Source: Clostridia bacterium (GTDB lineage Bacteria; Bacillota; Clostridia; Tissierellales; Dethiosulfatibacteraceae). From it: a stretch of 31,685 nucleotides of DNA. Made by a program: the position numbers and the translations under genes. Location: contig JBEPWV010000001.1 in the NCBI GenBank assembly GCA_041642175.1, positions 1-31,685 on the forward strand, read 5' to 3'. Positions within the stretch are counted from its first letter, which is position 1. Every line of letters starts with the position of its first letter. Shown here piece by piece: positions 8,969 to 18,221 of this stretch. The notes beneath the pieces are model-generated. The model was given only the letters and a program-made list of their open reading frames with translations. It did not search any database and was not told the DNA's origin.

Positions 8969-9316
8969 CTACCTCTTCTCTCTATGCATTATAATTTCAA
9001 GTTCATCATCATTCAAATATCTAATCTCTGCTTTATCAATTAAACTACCTATTATATATAGATTATCTCTATTTTTACCTTTCCCTAGCAGCTCCCAGTA
9101 GTATCCTTCAACTTCCCCAACATTATCTGAATTTAAAGTTTTATTTAACTTCTCTATTATTTCGTTGCTTATATCTGTATGGGATATAGACATTTTGATT
9201 ATATATTTATCTTCCTGTTCTTCTACATAAATACATATATCTTTTCCGCCTAATTCTAAAAGTAGAGACGTAACTTCAAGAATAATTGCATTGATTTTAT
9301 CTTTTTCATTTCTCAT
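8969..9316 (-). CDS. Hypothetical soluble protein inside the mrp cluster
   Basis: Tightly packed between mrpD and mrpE, with RBS GAGGAGG before ATG 9316 and an EGYYWEL motif. Confidence 0.75.
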   Translation of the reverse strand: MRNEKDKINAIILEVTSLLLELGGKDICIYVEEQEDKYIIKMSISHTDISNEIIEKLNKTLNSDNVGEVEGYYWELLGKGKNRDNLYIIGSLIDKAEIRYLNDDELEIIMHREKR

Positions 9317-9335
9317 AGTAATCCTCCTCAATTTT

Positions 9336-10946
9336 TTACCATTTCCAAATCATCATTATAAATATATATAATACAAGTAGATAATTTGACGTGCTGAAAG
9401 ATATATTTGTATGTCTTAAAACTTTTATGAACTTATAATCTTTCTCAATCAATAACTTATATATTATAAATCCTATACCTAAATTAATTAAGTAATCTAT
9501 GAAATTTGATATTTCCATACTGTAAACGTAGGATATATCAACATTTAATAAATAACTAATTATTGGAGTATAAAATATACCTAAGGTAATACAAAGTACT
9601 GCTGGAATAGCTAGTGCTATTTTTACACTTAAATATTTTTCTTTTTTTACTGCTGTTATTCCCTCACTATATTTGTTATCTTTCAAAAAAATTTGAGACA
9701 TTTTTATAAATGAAATAATAGTTCCAAAATTAATAATTTTCAAACCATATTCTGCAGCTGCATTTCCATTTAATCCATATTTAATAATAGTCTTACTAAC
9801 ATAACCATTAAACATAGGAGCTCCTGTGATTGATAGCATACCTATTATCATGAAAATAGATACTAAAGGCATTTTTTTAAATACACCTCTTATATCTGTG
9901 ACTCTTCTTTTATTGTACTTAGTAATAATGACTCCTGCACCTAAAAATAACAAGGATTTGAAAAATGCATGATTAAAGATGTGCATCAAGCCCCCAATAG
10001 CCTTTGTTTTGTCCATGGCATTAAGTCCAATCATCATAATCCCTACCTGAGAAACTGTGTGAAAAGCAAGAATTTGCTTCATATCTTTTTGGCTTAAAGC
10101 AAACATTACTCCAGTTATAGCTGTAAAAAAACCTAGTACTAAAAAGAAATTTCCTAAACTTATGTTTGTGTACATCTGATCAATTCTAATAAAGACATAC
10201 AGACCAGTTTTAACAAGCAACCCTGATAGCAAAGCTGAAATAGATGATGGTGCCGCACTATGAGCTTTCGGTAGCCAATTGAAAACAGGAAAGAAAGCTG
10301 ATTTAACTCCAACTGCAGCCATAATGAATATGTAACTTATAGTTAAAAACCTAACATTATCCACCATTTTTAATTCTTCAGTAAGCAACTCAATATTTAA
10401 AGTACCTACCAGATTGTATATCATAACCATACCAAGCAGGTAAAATAATATCCCAACGCTGTTAAAGAGTAGATAATATAATCCTGCTCTTACAGAAAAT
10501 CCATCTTTTTTATACAAAATGAGTATTGTTGATACAATAGTTATTAATTCTATAAATACAAAAAGATTAAAAATATCGTTAGTTTGCAGCATGCCTAAAT
10601 ATATACCTTCTAGAAACATAAGCAAAAACATAAATTTAGAATCCTGTCCTCTTATTTTCCAACAGTAAAATATGGCTGCCCACCACATTAGTATAGTTAA
10701 TGCTATAAAGGCAAAAGATAGACTATCGTTTTTTAATACTATTCCTGCAGTTTGATTCCAGTTTCCAAGATTAAGAAACACAGGTTCTTTGAAACCTTTA
10801 CTTATTTGGAAAAATTTTAATGCTAGTATAGTTATAGTTCCTTGGCTTATAAAAACAATATAATTCCCATACTTATTATATGTAAGATATACTACCATAG
10901 ATGCAACTACAGGTATTAGAATTAGTAATACGGGGATGTAATCCAT
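9336..10946 (-). CDS. mrpD: Mrp/Mnh antiporter subunit D-like, copy 1
   Basis: Same motifs as copy 2 (FVFIE, GVKSAFFP, WLPKAHSAAP, GLLVK, GYVSK). The start is moved from TTG 10967 to ATG 10946, which follows AAAGGA. Confidence 0.88.
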   Translation of the reverse strand: MDYIPVLLILIPVVASMVVYLTYNKYGNYIVFISQGTITILALKFFQISKGFKEPVFLNLGNWNQTAGIVLKNDSLSFAFIALTILMWWAAIFYCWKIRGQDSKFMFLLMFLEGIYLGMLQTNDIFNLFVFIELITIVSTILILYKKDGFSVRAGLYYLLFNSVGILFYLLGMVMIYNLVGTLNIELLTEELKMVDNVRFLTISYIFIMAAVGVKSAFFPVFNWLPKAHSAAPSSISALLSGLLVKTGLYVFIRIDQMYTNISLGNFFLVLGFFTAITGVMFALSQKDMKQILAFHTVSQVGIMMIGLNAMDKTKAIGGLMHIFNHAFFKSLLFLGAGVIITKYNKRRVTDIRGVFKKMPLVSIFMIIGMLSITGAPMFNGYVSKTIIKYGLNGNAAAEYGLKIINFGTIISFIKMSQIFLKDNKYSEGITAVKKEKYLSVKIALAIPAVLCITLGIFYTPIISYLLNVDISYVYSMEISNFIDYLINLGIGFIIYKLLIEKDYKFIKVLRHTNISFSTSNYLLVLYIFIMMIWKW

Positions 10947-11143
10947 GACATCATTCCTTTCTGTCAAATCTATAATACAGATACTCTTTTTATTGTTACC
11001 TTGGTATTCGTAATATTATTAAATTATATTAGTACGATTTTGAATTTAGAGCACAGAAATTGCTCCCTTTATTCATGACATGAAACTTTTAGAAATGCTA
11101 ATGGAAATTAATTATAACATTAAATCTAAAAAATTTGAATATA

Positions 11144-11187
11144 AAACCAACAATTTTTTTGGCATATGCTAATAAAATTGTTGGTTT
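11144..11187 (-). terminator. Probable terminator of the DegV gene
   Basis: 14-bp arms AAACCAACAATTTT/AAAATTGTTGGTTT just past the stop at 11198. Confidence 0.55.
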
Positions 11188-11197
11188 AGCTAAGTTT

Positions 11198-12151
11198 TTA
11201 TTTTTTCTTTATTCTATTAATCATCTTCAAAATTTCATCTTTCTTCTCAAGTAATTGATTCATTTGGTTGTATATAAGTCCATCATGTCTATGACCCTTT
11301 TCAATAAAATACATGGATAATCCTCTTAGTCCTACATGAGTTCCTACAGAAACACCCATTTGCATTATATAGATAGTATCTGTTAAATTTGTTTCTTCAA
11401 CTAATTTATTCTTTAATTCTTCAGCGTATGATAAATCTGAAGTATACCCAATAATTATGAAATCTGTTAGTTCTTCATCTACTCTTTTTTTAAATTCGTT
11501 TATATAATGTTCATATACTTTCTTAGTTCCTCTTACTTTTGCAACTATTGAACCTTTTCCATTCTTCATAGACATTATTGGTTTTACTCTAAGTAATTTT
11601 CCTATCATAGCACTTACATTAGTCAATCTTCCACTTTTTATGAGATTATTTAAATCATCTACTGATAAAAAATGCTTAACGTTAGTTTTATAGGTTTCAT
11701 TAAAATCTACTAACTCATTAAAACTAGCTCCTTTTTCTTTTAATAAGGAACTTTTCAGAACAAGATATCCACTGCCATGACTCATACACTTTGAATCTAC
11801 AACATGAATTTTCCCATTATTATTTTCATTTAAATACTCCTTCTGTGCAATTACTGCAGATTGGTAAGAACCGCTGGTTCCACTTGACATACATATACAT
11901 AGTATCTCATCAAAACCTTCATCTTGAGCTCTTTTATACTCCCTTGAAAATTCCGCAGGACTTGGCATAGAGGTTGTTGGTAGTTTTTCTAATTTTGGTA
12001 ACATTTCGTAAAATTCTTCCGGTTCTATATCGACTCTATCTTTGTAATTCTTATTATTAATCAAAATATTCAATGGCACTGTTGCTATATTGTATTTTTT
12101 TAAAATTTCATCACTCAAATCACAGGTTGAGTCTGCTATTATTTTTATCAA
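11198..12151 (-). CDS. DegV family fatty-acid-binding protein
   Basis: IIADSTCDL, PTTSMPS, SSGTSGSYQSA, VVDSK, LIKSGR, KPIM and THVG motifs. TTG start after AAGGAG. Confidence 0.93.
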   Translation of the reverse strand: MIKIIADSTCDLSDEILKKYNIATVPLNILINNKNYKDRVDIEPEEFYEMLPKLEKLPTTSMPSPAEFSREYKRAQDEGFDEILCICMSSGTSGSYQSAVIAQKEYLNENNNGKIHVVDSKCMSHGSGYLVLKSSLLKEKGASFNELVDFNETYKTNVKHFLSVDDLNNLIKSGRLTNVSAMIGKLLRVKPIMSMKNGKGSIVAKVRGTKKVYEHYINEFKKRVDEELTDFIIIGYTSDLSYAEELKNKLVEETNLTDTIYIMQMGVSVGTHVGLRGLSMYFIEKGHRHDGLIYNQMNQLLEKKDEILKMINRIKKK

Positions 12152-12180
12152 AGTTATACTCCTTTTTATATTTCAAGTTT

Positions 12181-12212
12181 AAAAAAACCACGAAATTCAA
12201 TATTCCGTGGTT
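12181..12212 (-). terminator. Intrinsic terminator after the DUF4332 gene
   Basis: AACCACG..CGTGGTT stem followed by a T-run on the minus strand. Confidence 0.65.
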
Positions 12213-12225
12213 CGTAGTTTTGCTA

Positions 12226-12630
12226 TTAGTAATTTAATGCTCTTGGTAAAGAATCTGCTTCTTTTACCCATTTTTGTATTTGTTTTTCAGTCGGTAGCTT
12301 TCTAACTAATTTCTTTTCTTCATTAACTTCTACCATTTTGTTATATAGATTTTCAGGATTTCTTTGAGCTAATTCCGGTACAGTGTCTACTCCTGAAGCT
12401 TCTAGTAATTCAGCATATTCTCCGCCTACACCTTTTATTCTCATAAGGTCGGCATGATTTGCCCATTTAAGAATTAATTTTTCTGAAAGGTCCACTTTTA
12501 CTGCTAATTCTTTTCTGCCTTTTGTGCTAGAACAAACTTCTAGTAAGTTTTCAATTGAACTTACACCAGCTTCTTTTAATTTTTCTTCATATGCCGGTCC
12601 AATTCCCTCGATTACACTTAACTTCGCCAT
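12226..12630 (-). CDS. DUF4332 family protein (tandem helix-hairpin-helix)
   Basis: IEGIGPAY and IKGVGGEYAELLEASGVDTVPELAQRNPENL motifs. Confidence 0.85.
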   Translation of the reverse strand: MAKLSVIEGIGPAYEEKLKEAGVSSIENLLEVCSSTKGRKELAVKVDLSEKLILKWANHADLMRIKGVGGEYAELLEASGVDTVPELAQRNPENLYNKMVEVNEEKKLVRKLPTEKQIQKWVKEADSLPRALNY

Positions 12631-12701
12631 ATAATCCTCTCCTTTAAAATTTTAAGTTATTCCATCCCTAAATTACTGAAGTTAATAACTATCTTATTAG
12701 A

Positions 12702-12710
12702 ATTATACCA
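12702..12710 (-). promoter_or_regulatory. Extended -10 promoter element for the DUF4332 gene
   Basis: TGGTATAAT on the minus strand about 70 nt upstream of the start. No good -35. Confidence 0.45.
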
Positions 12711-12739
12711 CTTTAAAGCTTAAATATACATTTATTTTT

Positions 12740-14341
12740 TTATCTTTTATCTTTACCTTTTGCAGGCTCGATTACAATAGGTCTACCTTTAATTTGATTG
12801 TTCCTCATAATAGTAAGTACTTCTCGTGCATTTTCTCTAGGAACTTCTACGAAAGTATACTTATCAAAAATATCTACTGTACCAATAAGTTTTCCTGACA
12901 TTTTAGTTTCCCCTGCTATAGCTCCTACAATGTCTCCAGGTCTTACACTATCTTTTTTACCAACATTAATAAATAGTCTTACCATTCCCGGCTCTGCTCC
13001 TGTATCGCCAAATACATCTGATGATTCTTCTTGCTCTTTTACTTCTTCATCTTTATCTACATACATCTTAATCATAGCTGCTGCTATATCTACTGATGTA
13101 ATATCATCATCCATTATTTGATCAACTATATCTAGATACTTTCTTAGATCTTCTTTTTTTACTGCTTTTTTTATTTCTTTCTTAAAGTCTCTAATTCTTA
13201 ATTCTTCTATATCTTTAGCTGTTGGTATTTGCTGAAGATGAATTTTTGTATTTGTATATTTTTGTATACCTTTTAAAGAATATATTTCTTTTCTTCCTGA
13301 TACAAAGGTGAAAGCCTTACCTACTCTTCCAACTCTACCTGTTCTACCAATTCTATGTACATAGTATTCCTCATCTTGAGGTACATCAAAGTTGAAAACT
13401 GCTTCTATATCATCTACGTCAATTCCTCTAGCTGCTACATCTGTAGCTATAAGAACATCTATAACACCTTTCCTAAATGCATTCATAACTCTTGTTCTTG
13501 TAGTCTGTCTCATATCTCCGTGAAGACCCTCAGCTGAATATCCTCTTGACTGCATCTGTCCTGCTAATTCGTCTACTTTTCTTTTAGTATTACAAAATAC
13601 TAATGCTAATTTCGGATTATGCATATCTATTAGTCTGCTCAAAACATCTAGTTTCATGTTATTTCTAACTTCAAAATAATACTGCTCCACACTGGGCACA
13701 GTAAGCTTTTTATGTACTACTTTTACTAATTCCGGATTATTTTGGTATATTTTTGTGATTTTTAGAATTTCTTTAGACATAGTTGCTGAGAAAAGAACAG
13801 TTTGTCTCTTCTGTGGTACATCTTTTAGAATAGTTTCGATATCTTCTCTAAAACCCATGTTTAGCATTTCGTCTGCTTCGTCGAGAACCATCATTTTTAG
13901 ATCTTCCATTTTAAGAGTATGTCTTCTCATATGATCCATTATTCTTCCTGGAGTTCCTACTATAATTTGAGGTTTTCTTTTTAATGCCTTTATTTGCCTA
14001 ATTATAGGCTGTCCTCCGTAGATAGGCATAGCCTTAATACCTTTTTTGTATTTTCCATACTTATTAATCTCATCACTTGCCTGTATTGCAAGTTCTCTAG
14101 TTGGACATAAAACTAAAACCTGCATGTTCTCTATATTCTCATCTATAGATTCAAGAGCTGGGATTCCAAAAGCTGCAGTCTTTCCTGTTCCCGTCTGGGA
14201 GTGTCCGATTACATCTTTACCTTCCATGATAAGTGGGATACTTTTTGTTTGAATTGCTGTAGCTTCTTCAAACCCCATATCCTCAACACCTTTTAATATT
14301 TCCTTTGATATTTGTAACTGTGAAAATTTGATTTTTTCCAT
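12740..14341 (-). CDS. deaD: DEAD-box RNA helicase (DeaD/CshA type) with C-terminal DbpA-like RRM
   Basis: Q-motif, TGTGKT, PTRELA, TPGR, DEAD, SAT, ARGID and HRIGRTGR motifs, plus the RLFINVGKKDSVRPGDIVGAI RRM. Confidence 0.93.
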   Translation of the reverse strand: MEKIKFSQLQISKEILKGVEDMGFEEATAIQTKSIPLIMEGKDVIGHSQTGTGKTAAFGIPALESIDENIENMQVLVLCPTRELAIQASDEINKYGKYKKGIKAMPIYGGQPIIRQIKALKRKPQIIVGTPGRIMDHMRRHTLKMEDLKMMVLDEADEMLNMGFREDIETILKDVPQKRQTVLFSATMSKEILKITKIYQNNPELVKVVHKKLTVPSVEQYYFEVRNNMKLDVLSRLIDMHNPKLALVFCNTKRKVDELAGQMQSRGYSAEGLHGDMRQTTRTRVMNAFRKGVIDVLIATDVAARGIDVDDIEAVFNFDVPQDEEYYVHRIGRTGRVGRVGKAFTFVSGRKEIYSLKGIQKYTNTKIHLQQIPTAKDIEELRIRDFKKEIKKAVKKEDLRKYLDIVDQIMDDDITSVDIAAAMIKMYVDKDEEVKEQEESSDVFGDTGAEPGMVRLFINVGKKDSVRPGDIVGAIAGETKMSGKLIGTVDIFDKYTFVEVPRENAREVLTIMRNNQIKGRPIVIEPAKGKDKR

Positions 14342-14428
14342 TTAAATAATTACTTCCTTCCATTTATTTCATTTATTTATTGATTATCTATATTATCTAA
14401 AATACATTCTTCTAAATAAGCGACTTTT

Positions 14429-14460
14429 AATTATAACAGAGTTTAAGCAATTATAACAGA
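14429..14460 (-). promoter_or_regulatory. Tandem extended -10 elements upstream of the helicase
   Basis: 12-bp direct repeat AATTATAACAGA with a 20-bp period. Each copy reads TGTTATAAT on the minus strand. Confidence 0.5.
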
Positions 14461-14477
14461 AGTATTTTAAATAAATT

Positions 14478-14516
14478 AAAAATAAAATTATAGCTAGAGG
14501 TTTTGCCTCTAGCTAT
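14478..14516 (-). terminator. Intrinsic terminator after msrAB
   Basis: ATAGCTAGAGG-CAAAA-CCTCTAGCTAT followed by a T-rich tail on the minus strand. Confidence 0.8.
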
Positions 14517-14524
14517 CTATTTTT

Positions 14525-15646
14525 TTATTCTACATATACTTTTAATTCTCCATACCCTTCTTCATCCATTTCCTCTAGAGGAATAAATTTAAGAGATCCG
14601 CTGTTCATGCAGTATCTTAGTCCTCCTTCTTCCTCTGGACCATCATCAAATACATGACCTAAATGTGTATCTCCGCTGATACTTAAAACTTCTACTCTTT
14701 TCATTCCTTGAGATGCATCTTCAACATATTTCAAAAGATTTTTGTCTATAGGTTTTGTAAAACTAGGCCACCCGCTTCTAGAATTATACTTATCTTTAGA
14801 GCTAAAAAGTGGTTGTCCCGTTACTATATCAACATATATACCTTTTTCTTTATTATCATTGTATTCATTATCAAAAGGTGGTTCTGTTCCCTTACCCTGT
14901 GTGATTTCATATTGTTCATCTGTAAGCATTTCTTTGATTTCTTCATCTGAAGGTTTTTCATAATTCTTTGGATTGATTTCCGGTTTTCTATTAGGTATGT
15001 CACTTAAATTAATATGACAGTATCCATTTGGATTTTTTTCTAGATAGTCTTGATGATATTCTTCCCCAATAACAAAGTTCTTCAAAGGCTCTACCTCAGT
15101 TACAATCTCACTGTCGTAATTAGGACTTATCTTTTCTATATAATTTTCTATAACTTCCCTGTCCTCTTCATCTTCATAGTATATCCCAGTTCTGTACTGA
15201 GTTCCAATATCATTACCCTGTCTATTTAAAATTGTAGGGTCAATAATTCTAAAATAGTACTCTAGAATATTATCAAGTTCTACAACATCCGGGTCATAAA
15301 CAACTCTGACAGTTTCAGTATGTCCTGTGGAGTCAATCTCTTGATAGCTGGTTTCTTCAGATTTACCGTTAGCATAGCCTACTTCTGTAAATTCAACTCC
15401 TATAATTTTGTCAAAATATGCTTCTACTCCCCAAAAACATCCTCCTGCTAAGTATATTTCTTTAAATTTACCCTTCTCATAATTTGGCATAACATCAACT
15501 TCCTTTCCTAATTCTTGATCTGTTTCTTCTCCTACTAGTTCATTCTCTTCTACATTGCTTCTATTTCCTAAAAATATTAAATATCCTAATAGTATTACTA
15601 CGATCACTATTAAAACATTTATGTATTCTTTTTTTAATATAACCAT
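14525..15646 (-). CDS. msrAB: Fused peptide methionine sulfoxide reductase MsrA/MsrB with an N-terminal membrane anchor
   Basis: MsrA motifs [18 protein letters not shown] and EEYHQDYL; MsrB motifs SGWPSF, HLGHVF and RYCMNS. The start is moved to ATG 15646 (AGGAG RBS), followed by one hydrophobic helix. Confidence 0.93.
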   Translation of the reverse strand: MVILKKEYINVLIVIVVILLGYLIFLGNRSNVEENELVGEETDQELGKEVDVMPNYEKGKFKEIYLAGGCFWGVEAYFDKIIGVEFTEVGYANGKSEETSYQEIDSTGHTETVRVVYDPDVVELDNILEYYFRIIDPTILNRQGNDIGTQYRTGIYYEDEEDREVIENYIEKISPNYDSEIVTEVEPLKNFVIGEEYHQDYLEKNPNGYCHINLSDIPNRKPEINPKNYEKPSDEEIKEMLTDEQYEITQGKGTEPPFDNEYNDNKEKGIYVDIVTGQPLFSSKDKYNSRSGWPSFTKPIDKNLLKYVEDASQGMKRVEVLSISGDTHLGHVFDDGPEEEGGLRYCMNSGSLKFIPLEEMDEEGYGELKVYVE

Positions 15647-15754
15647 GTTCTTTCTCCTATATCTGAATTTATATAGCATAGTATTCATTTATGTATTTGA
15701 ATATATACCCATCTCAGCTCATTATATACTCTAAGAAGAACTTATTACATTAAA

Positions 15755-16342
15755 TTAAAGATAAGCTTTAATTTTTTCAACAAAAATCTTAGCCATCAAT
15801 TCATGACCCTTAGGGTTAAAATGAAGACCATCAAGATATATGCTGTGAAATTCTTTATCGGAAAGTTTATTAATTGAAGTATTAAAGTCAATGTAATCTA
15901 TTTCAAAAGCCTTGGAAAATCTCTTTAGCCAGTTATTATACTTTTCAATCTTTTTAGATATACATTCATAGTCTGCAAAAGAAGACCATTCATCTATTAC
16001 TTCATCTACATCTATCTTTGTAGGTAATCCTAATATAGGGGTTATCATATTTCCTCTAGCTTGATGTACCATAGCCATAATATTCGACTGAGGCACTCCA
16101 AGATTGGCTCCGGTTATTATATCGTTGCTTCCACCCATTATAAAAACTATTTTTGGTTTCTTTGAAATTACATCTTCTCTAAATCTTGCTAACATACCAC
16201 CGGTAGTATCTCCACTTATACCTTTATTTTCAATTTTAATTTTCAATTCATCTTGAGATAAGTTTATCCAAGTTTTATCTCTTCTGACTCTATATCCGTA
16301 GGTTAAACTATCTCCTATACATACTATCTTCAATTTATTCAT
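15755..16342 (-). CDS. SGNH/GDSL family hydrolase
   Basis: GDSLTYG, GISGDTT, GGSND and DGLH blocks. Confidence 0.92.
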   Translation of the reverse strand: MNKLKIVCIGDSLTYGYRVRRDKTWINLSQDELKIKIENKGISGDTTGGMLARFREDVISKKPKIVFIMGGSNDIITGANLGVPQSNIMAMVHQARGNMITPILGLPTKIDVDEVIDEWSSFADYECISKKIEKYNNWLKRFSKAFEIDYIDFNTSINKLSDKEFHSIYLDGLHFNPKGHELMAKIFVEKIKAYL

Positions 16343-16393
16343 CCTTTGCTATTGTTTTTCTTAGACAAATTATATTATATAGTATTTTCAACA

Positions 16394-16424
16394 AAAATAA
16401 AATCCTGATTTTCATCAGGATTTT
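16394..16424 (-). terminator. Intrinsic terminator of the hydrogenase operon
   Basis: AAAATCCTGAT-GAAA-ATCAGGATTTT then ATTTTT on the minus strand. Confidence 0.8.
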
Positions 16425-16431
16425 ACAGTAA

Positions 16432-18219
16432 TTATTTTTTAATGTATTCGTTGAAGACTCCTCTTTGAGTATACTTTGTATGGAGTAATTCATGTGATTT
16501 ATGTCCTAGTGGTTTATCTAAGTAGTCTTCATATATTTTTTTAATAGCTGGATTTTCGTGAGATTTTCTGTATTCTTTACCTTCATCTTCTCTCCATATA
16601 GCTTGAATTCTCTTCTGTATAGTGTCTTTATCAGAAGATCTCGGTTGTCCTCCACCGCTTATACATCCGCCAGGACATCCCATAATTTCTATAAAGTGAT
16701 ATGGCGAATTACCTTCAGATATTTCTTTCATCAGTTGTTTCGCTCCCGACAATCCGCTGGTAACTGCTACTTTTACTGTTACACCATCTAAAAACTTATA
16801 ATCTTCTAAAGGATTTTCTATTTTTATATCAGCTGTTTTTATCTTTTCTAATCCTCTTATTGGCTCTACTCTAAGTTTATCAAAGGGTACTTCTCTACCA
16901 GTAACTACTTCATAAACAGTTCTTAATGCTGCTTCCATCACTCCACCGGTTGTTGCAAATATATCTGCTGCTCCAGTAGACAACCCTAGAGGGTCGTCAA
17001 ATTTATTATCCGGTAAAGTTTTAAAGTCTATACCTGCTTCTTTTATCATACTGGCAAGTTCTCTTGTTGTTAGTACAGCATCTACATTTTGTAATCCGTT
17101 ATTCATCATTTCTGGTCTTGATATTTCAAACTTTTTAGCTGTACAAGGCATTACAGATACAACAAATACATCTTCAGGTTTTATATTTACTTTTTCAGTG
17201 TAGTAGGTTTTGGCTAAAGCTCCCAACATCATATGCGGGGATTTACAACTTGATACATGATCCAGTGCCTTAGGAAAATCGTGTTCTACGTATTTTATCC
17301 ATCCTGGGCTGCAGCTTGTAATCATAGGTAAGACTGAATCTTTCCCTGTTAAAGCATTCTTAACTCTTTCTAGGAACTCATAACCTTCTTCTATTATAGT
17401 TAAATCAGCAGTAAAATTAGTATCAAATATATCATCAAATCCAATATCTCTTAATGCTGATACCATTTTACCTGTTACCGATGTGCCTGCTTCATAACCA
17501 AATTCTTCTCCTAATGCTGCCCTTATTGCCGGTGCTGTTTGTATAATGACTCTTTTATTATCATCAAATATCGCATCCCATACAGGCTTTGTTGCATCTT
17601 TTTCATATAAGGCTCCTACAGGACAAACTATTGTACACTGCCCACAGTTACTGCAATTCACACTATTTAATGGTAATTCCAAAGCTGGTCCTATTTCCGT
17701 TTTAAATCCCCTATTTTGAGGATTGATAATACCTAACTCCTGTAGTTCATTACATACAGTAACACACCTTCTACAGAGTATACATTTTGAAGCATCTCTG
17801 ACGATGGATGGAGAAGATTCATCTAGGAAAGGTTTTGATACTTCTCCTTCAAATCTAGATTCATCAACTTTGAGCATTTCTCCTAACTCTTGAAATTCGC
17901 AATTTTGATTTCTACTGCAGCTTAAACAATCACTTGGATGATCTGAAAGCATAAGTTCATATACGACTTTCCTTGCCCTCTTAACTCTTTGAGTGTTTGT
18001 TTTTACAACCATGCCTTCCCTTACAGGAACCATGCAGGAAGCTTGAAGGTTTTTCTCTCCTTCCACTTCCACAACACACATTCTACAGGAACCTACTTTA
18101 TGTATATCTTCAAGATAGCAAAGATTAGGAATTAAGATGTTGTTTTCTTTTGCTGCTTCTATTATAGTCAAACTTTCCTTACAGCTAATTTCTTTATTAT
18201 TTATTTTTAAATTTACCAT
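16432..18219 (-). CDS. hydA: [FeFe]-hydrogenase catalytic subunit (group A; 2Fe-2S, His-ligated 4Fe-4S, 2x4Fe-4S, H-cluster)
   Basis: H-cluster motifs TSCSPGW, MPCTAKKFE and EIMGCPGGCISGGGQP; F-cluster motifs HPSDCLSCSRNQNC, CILCRRCVTVC and CSNCGQCTIVCP. Confidence 0.96.
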   Translation of the reverse strand: MVNLKINNKEISCKESLTIIEAAKENNILIPNLCYLEDIHKVGSCRMCVVEVEGEKNLQASCMVPVREGMVVKTNTQRVKRARKVVYELMLSDHPSDCLSCSRNQNCEFQELGEMLKVDESRFEGEVSKPFLDESSPSIVRDASKCILCRRCVTVCNELQELGIINPQNRGFKTEIGPALELPLNSVNCSNCGQCTIVCPVGALYEKDATKPVWDAIFDDNKRVIIQTAPAIRAALGEEFGYEAGTSVTGKMVSALRDIGFDDIFDTNFTADLTIIEEGYEFLERVKNALTGKDSVLPMITSCSPGWIKYVEHDFPKALDHVSSCKSPHMMLGALAKTYYTEKVNIKPEDVFVVSVMPCTAKKFEISRPEMMNNGLQNVDAVLTTRELASMIKEAGIDFKTLPDNKFDDPLGLSTGAADIFATTGGVMEAALRTVYEVVTGREVPFDKLRVEPIRGLEKIKTADIKIENPLEDYKFLDGVTVKVAVTSGLSGAKQLMKEISEGNSPYHFIEIMGCPGGCISGGGQPRSSDKDTIQKRIQAIWREDEGKEYRKSHENPAIKKIYEDYLDKPLGHKSHELLHTKYTQRGVFNEYIKK

Positions 18220-18221
18220 AT

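Noticed and set aside
10950-11140. Na+/Li+ or c-di-AMP riboswitch upstream of mrp
   Set aside because: Only a short GAGCA/TGCTC hairpin is present and I recognised no conserved aptamer motif. An Infernal/Rfam search would be needed to exclude it fully.
15430-15450. Possible Sec form of MsrA
   Set aside because: The active site is GCFWG with a normal Cys codon and no in-frame TGA.
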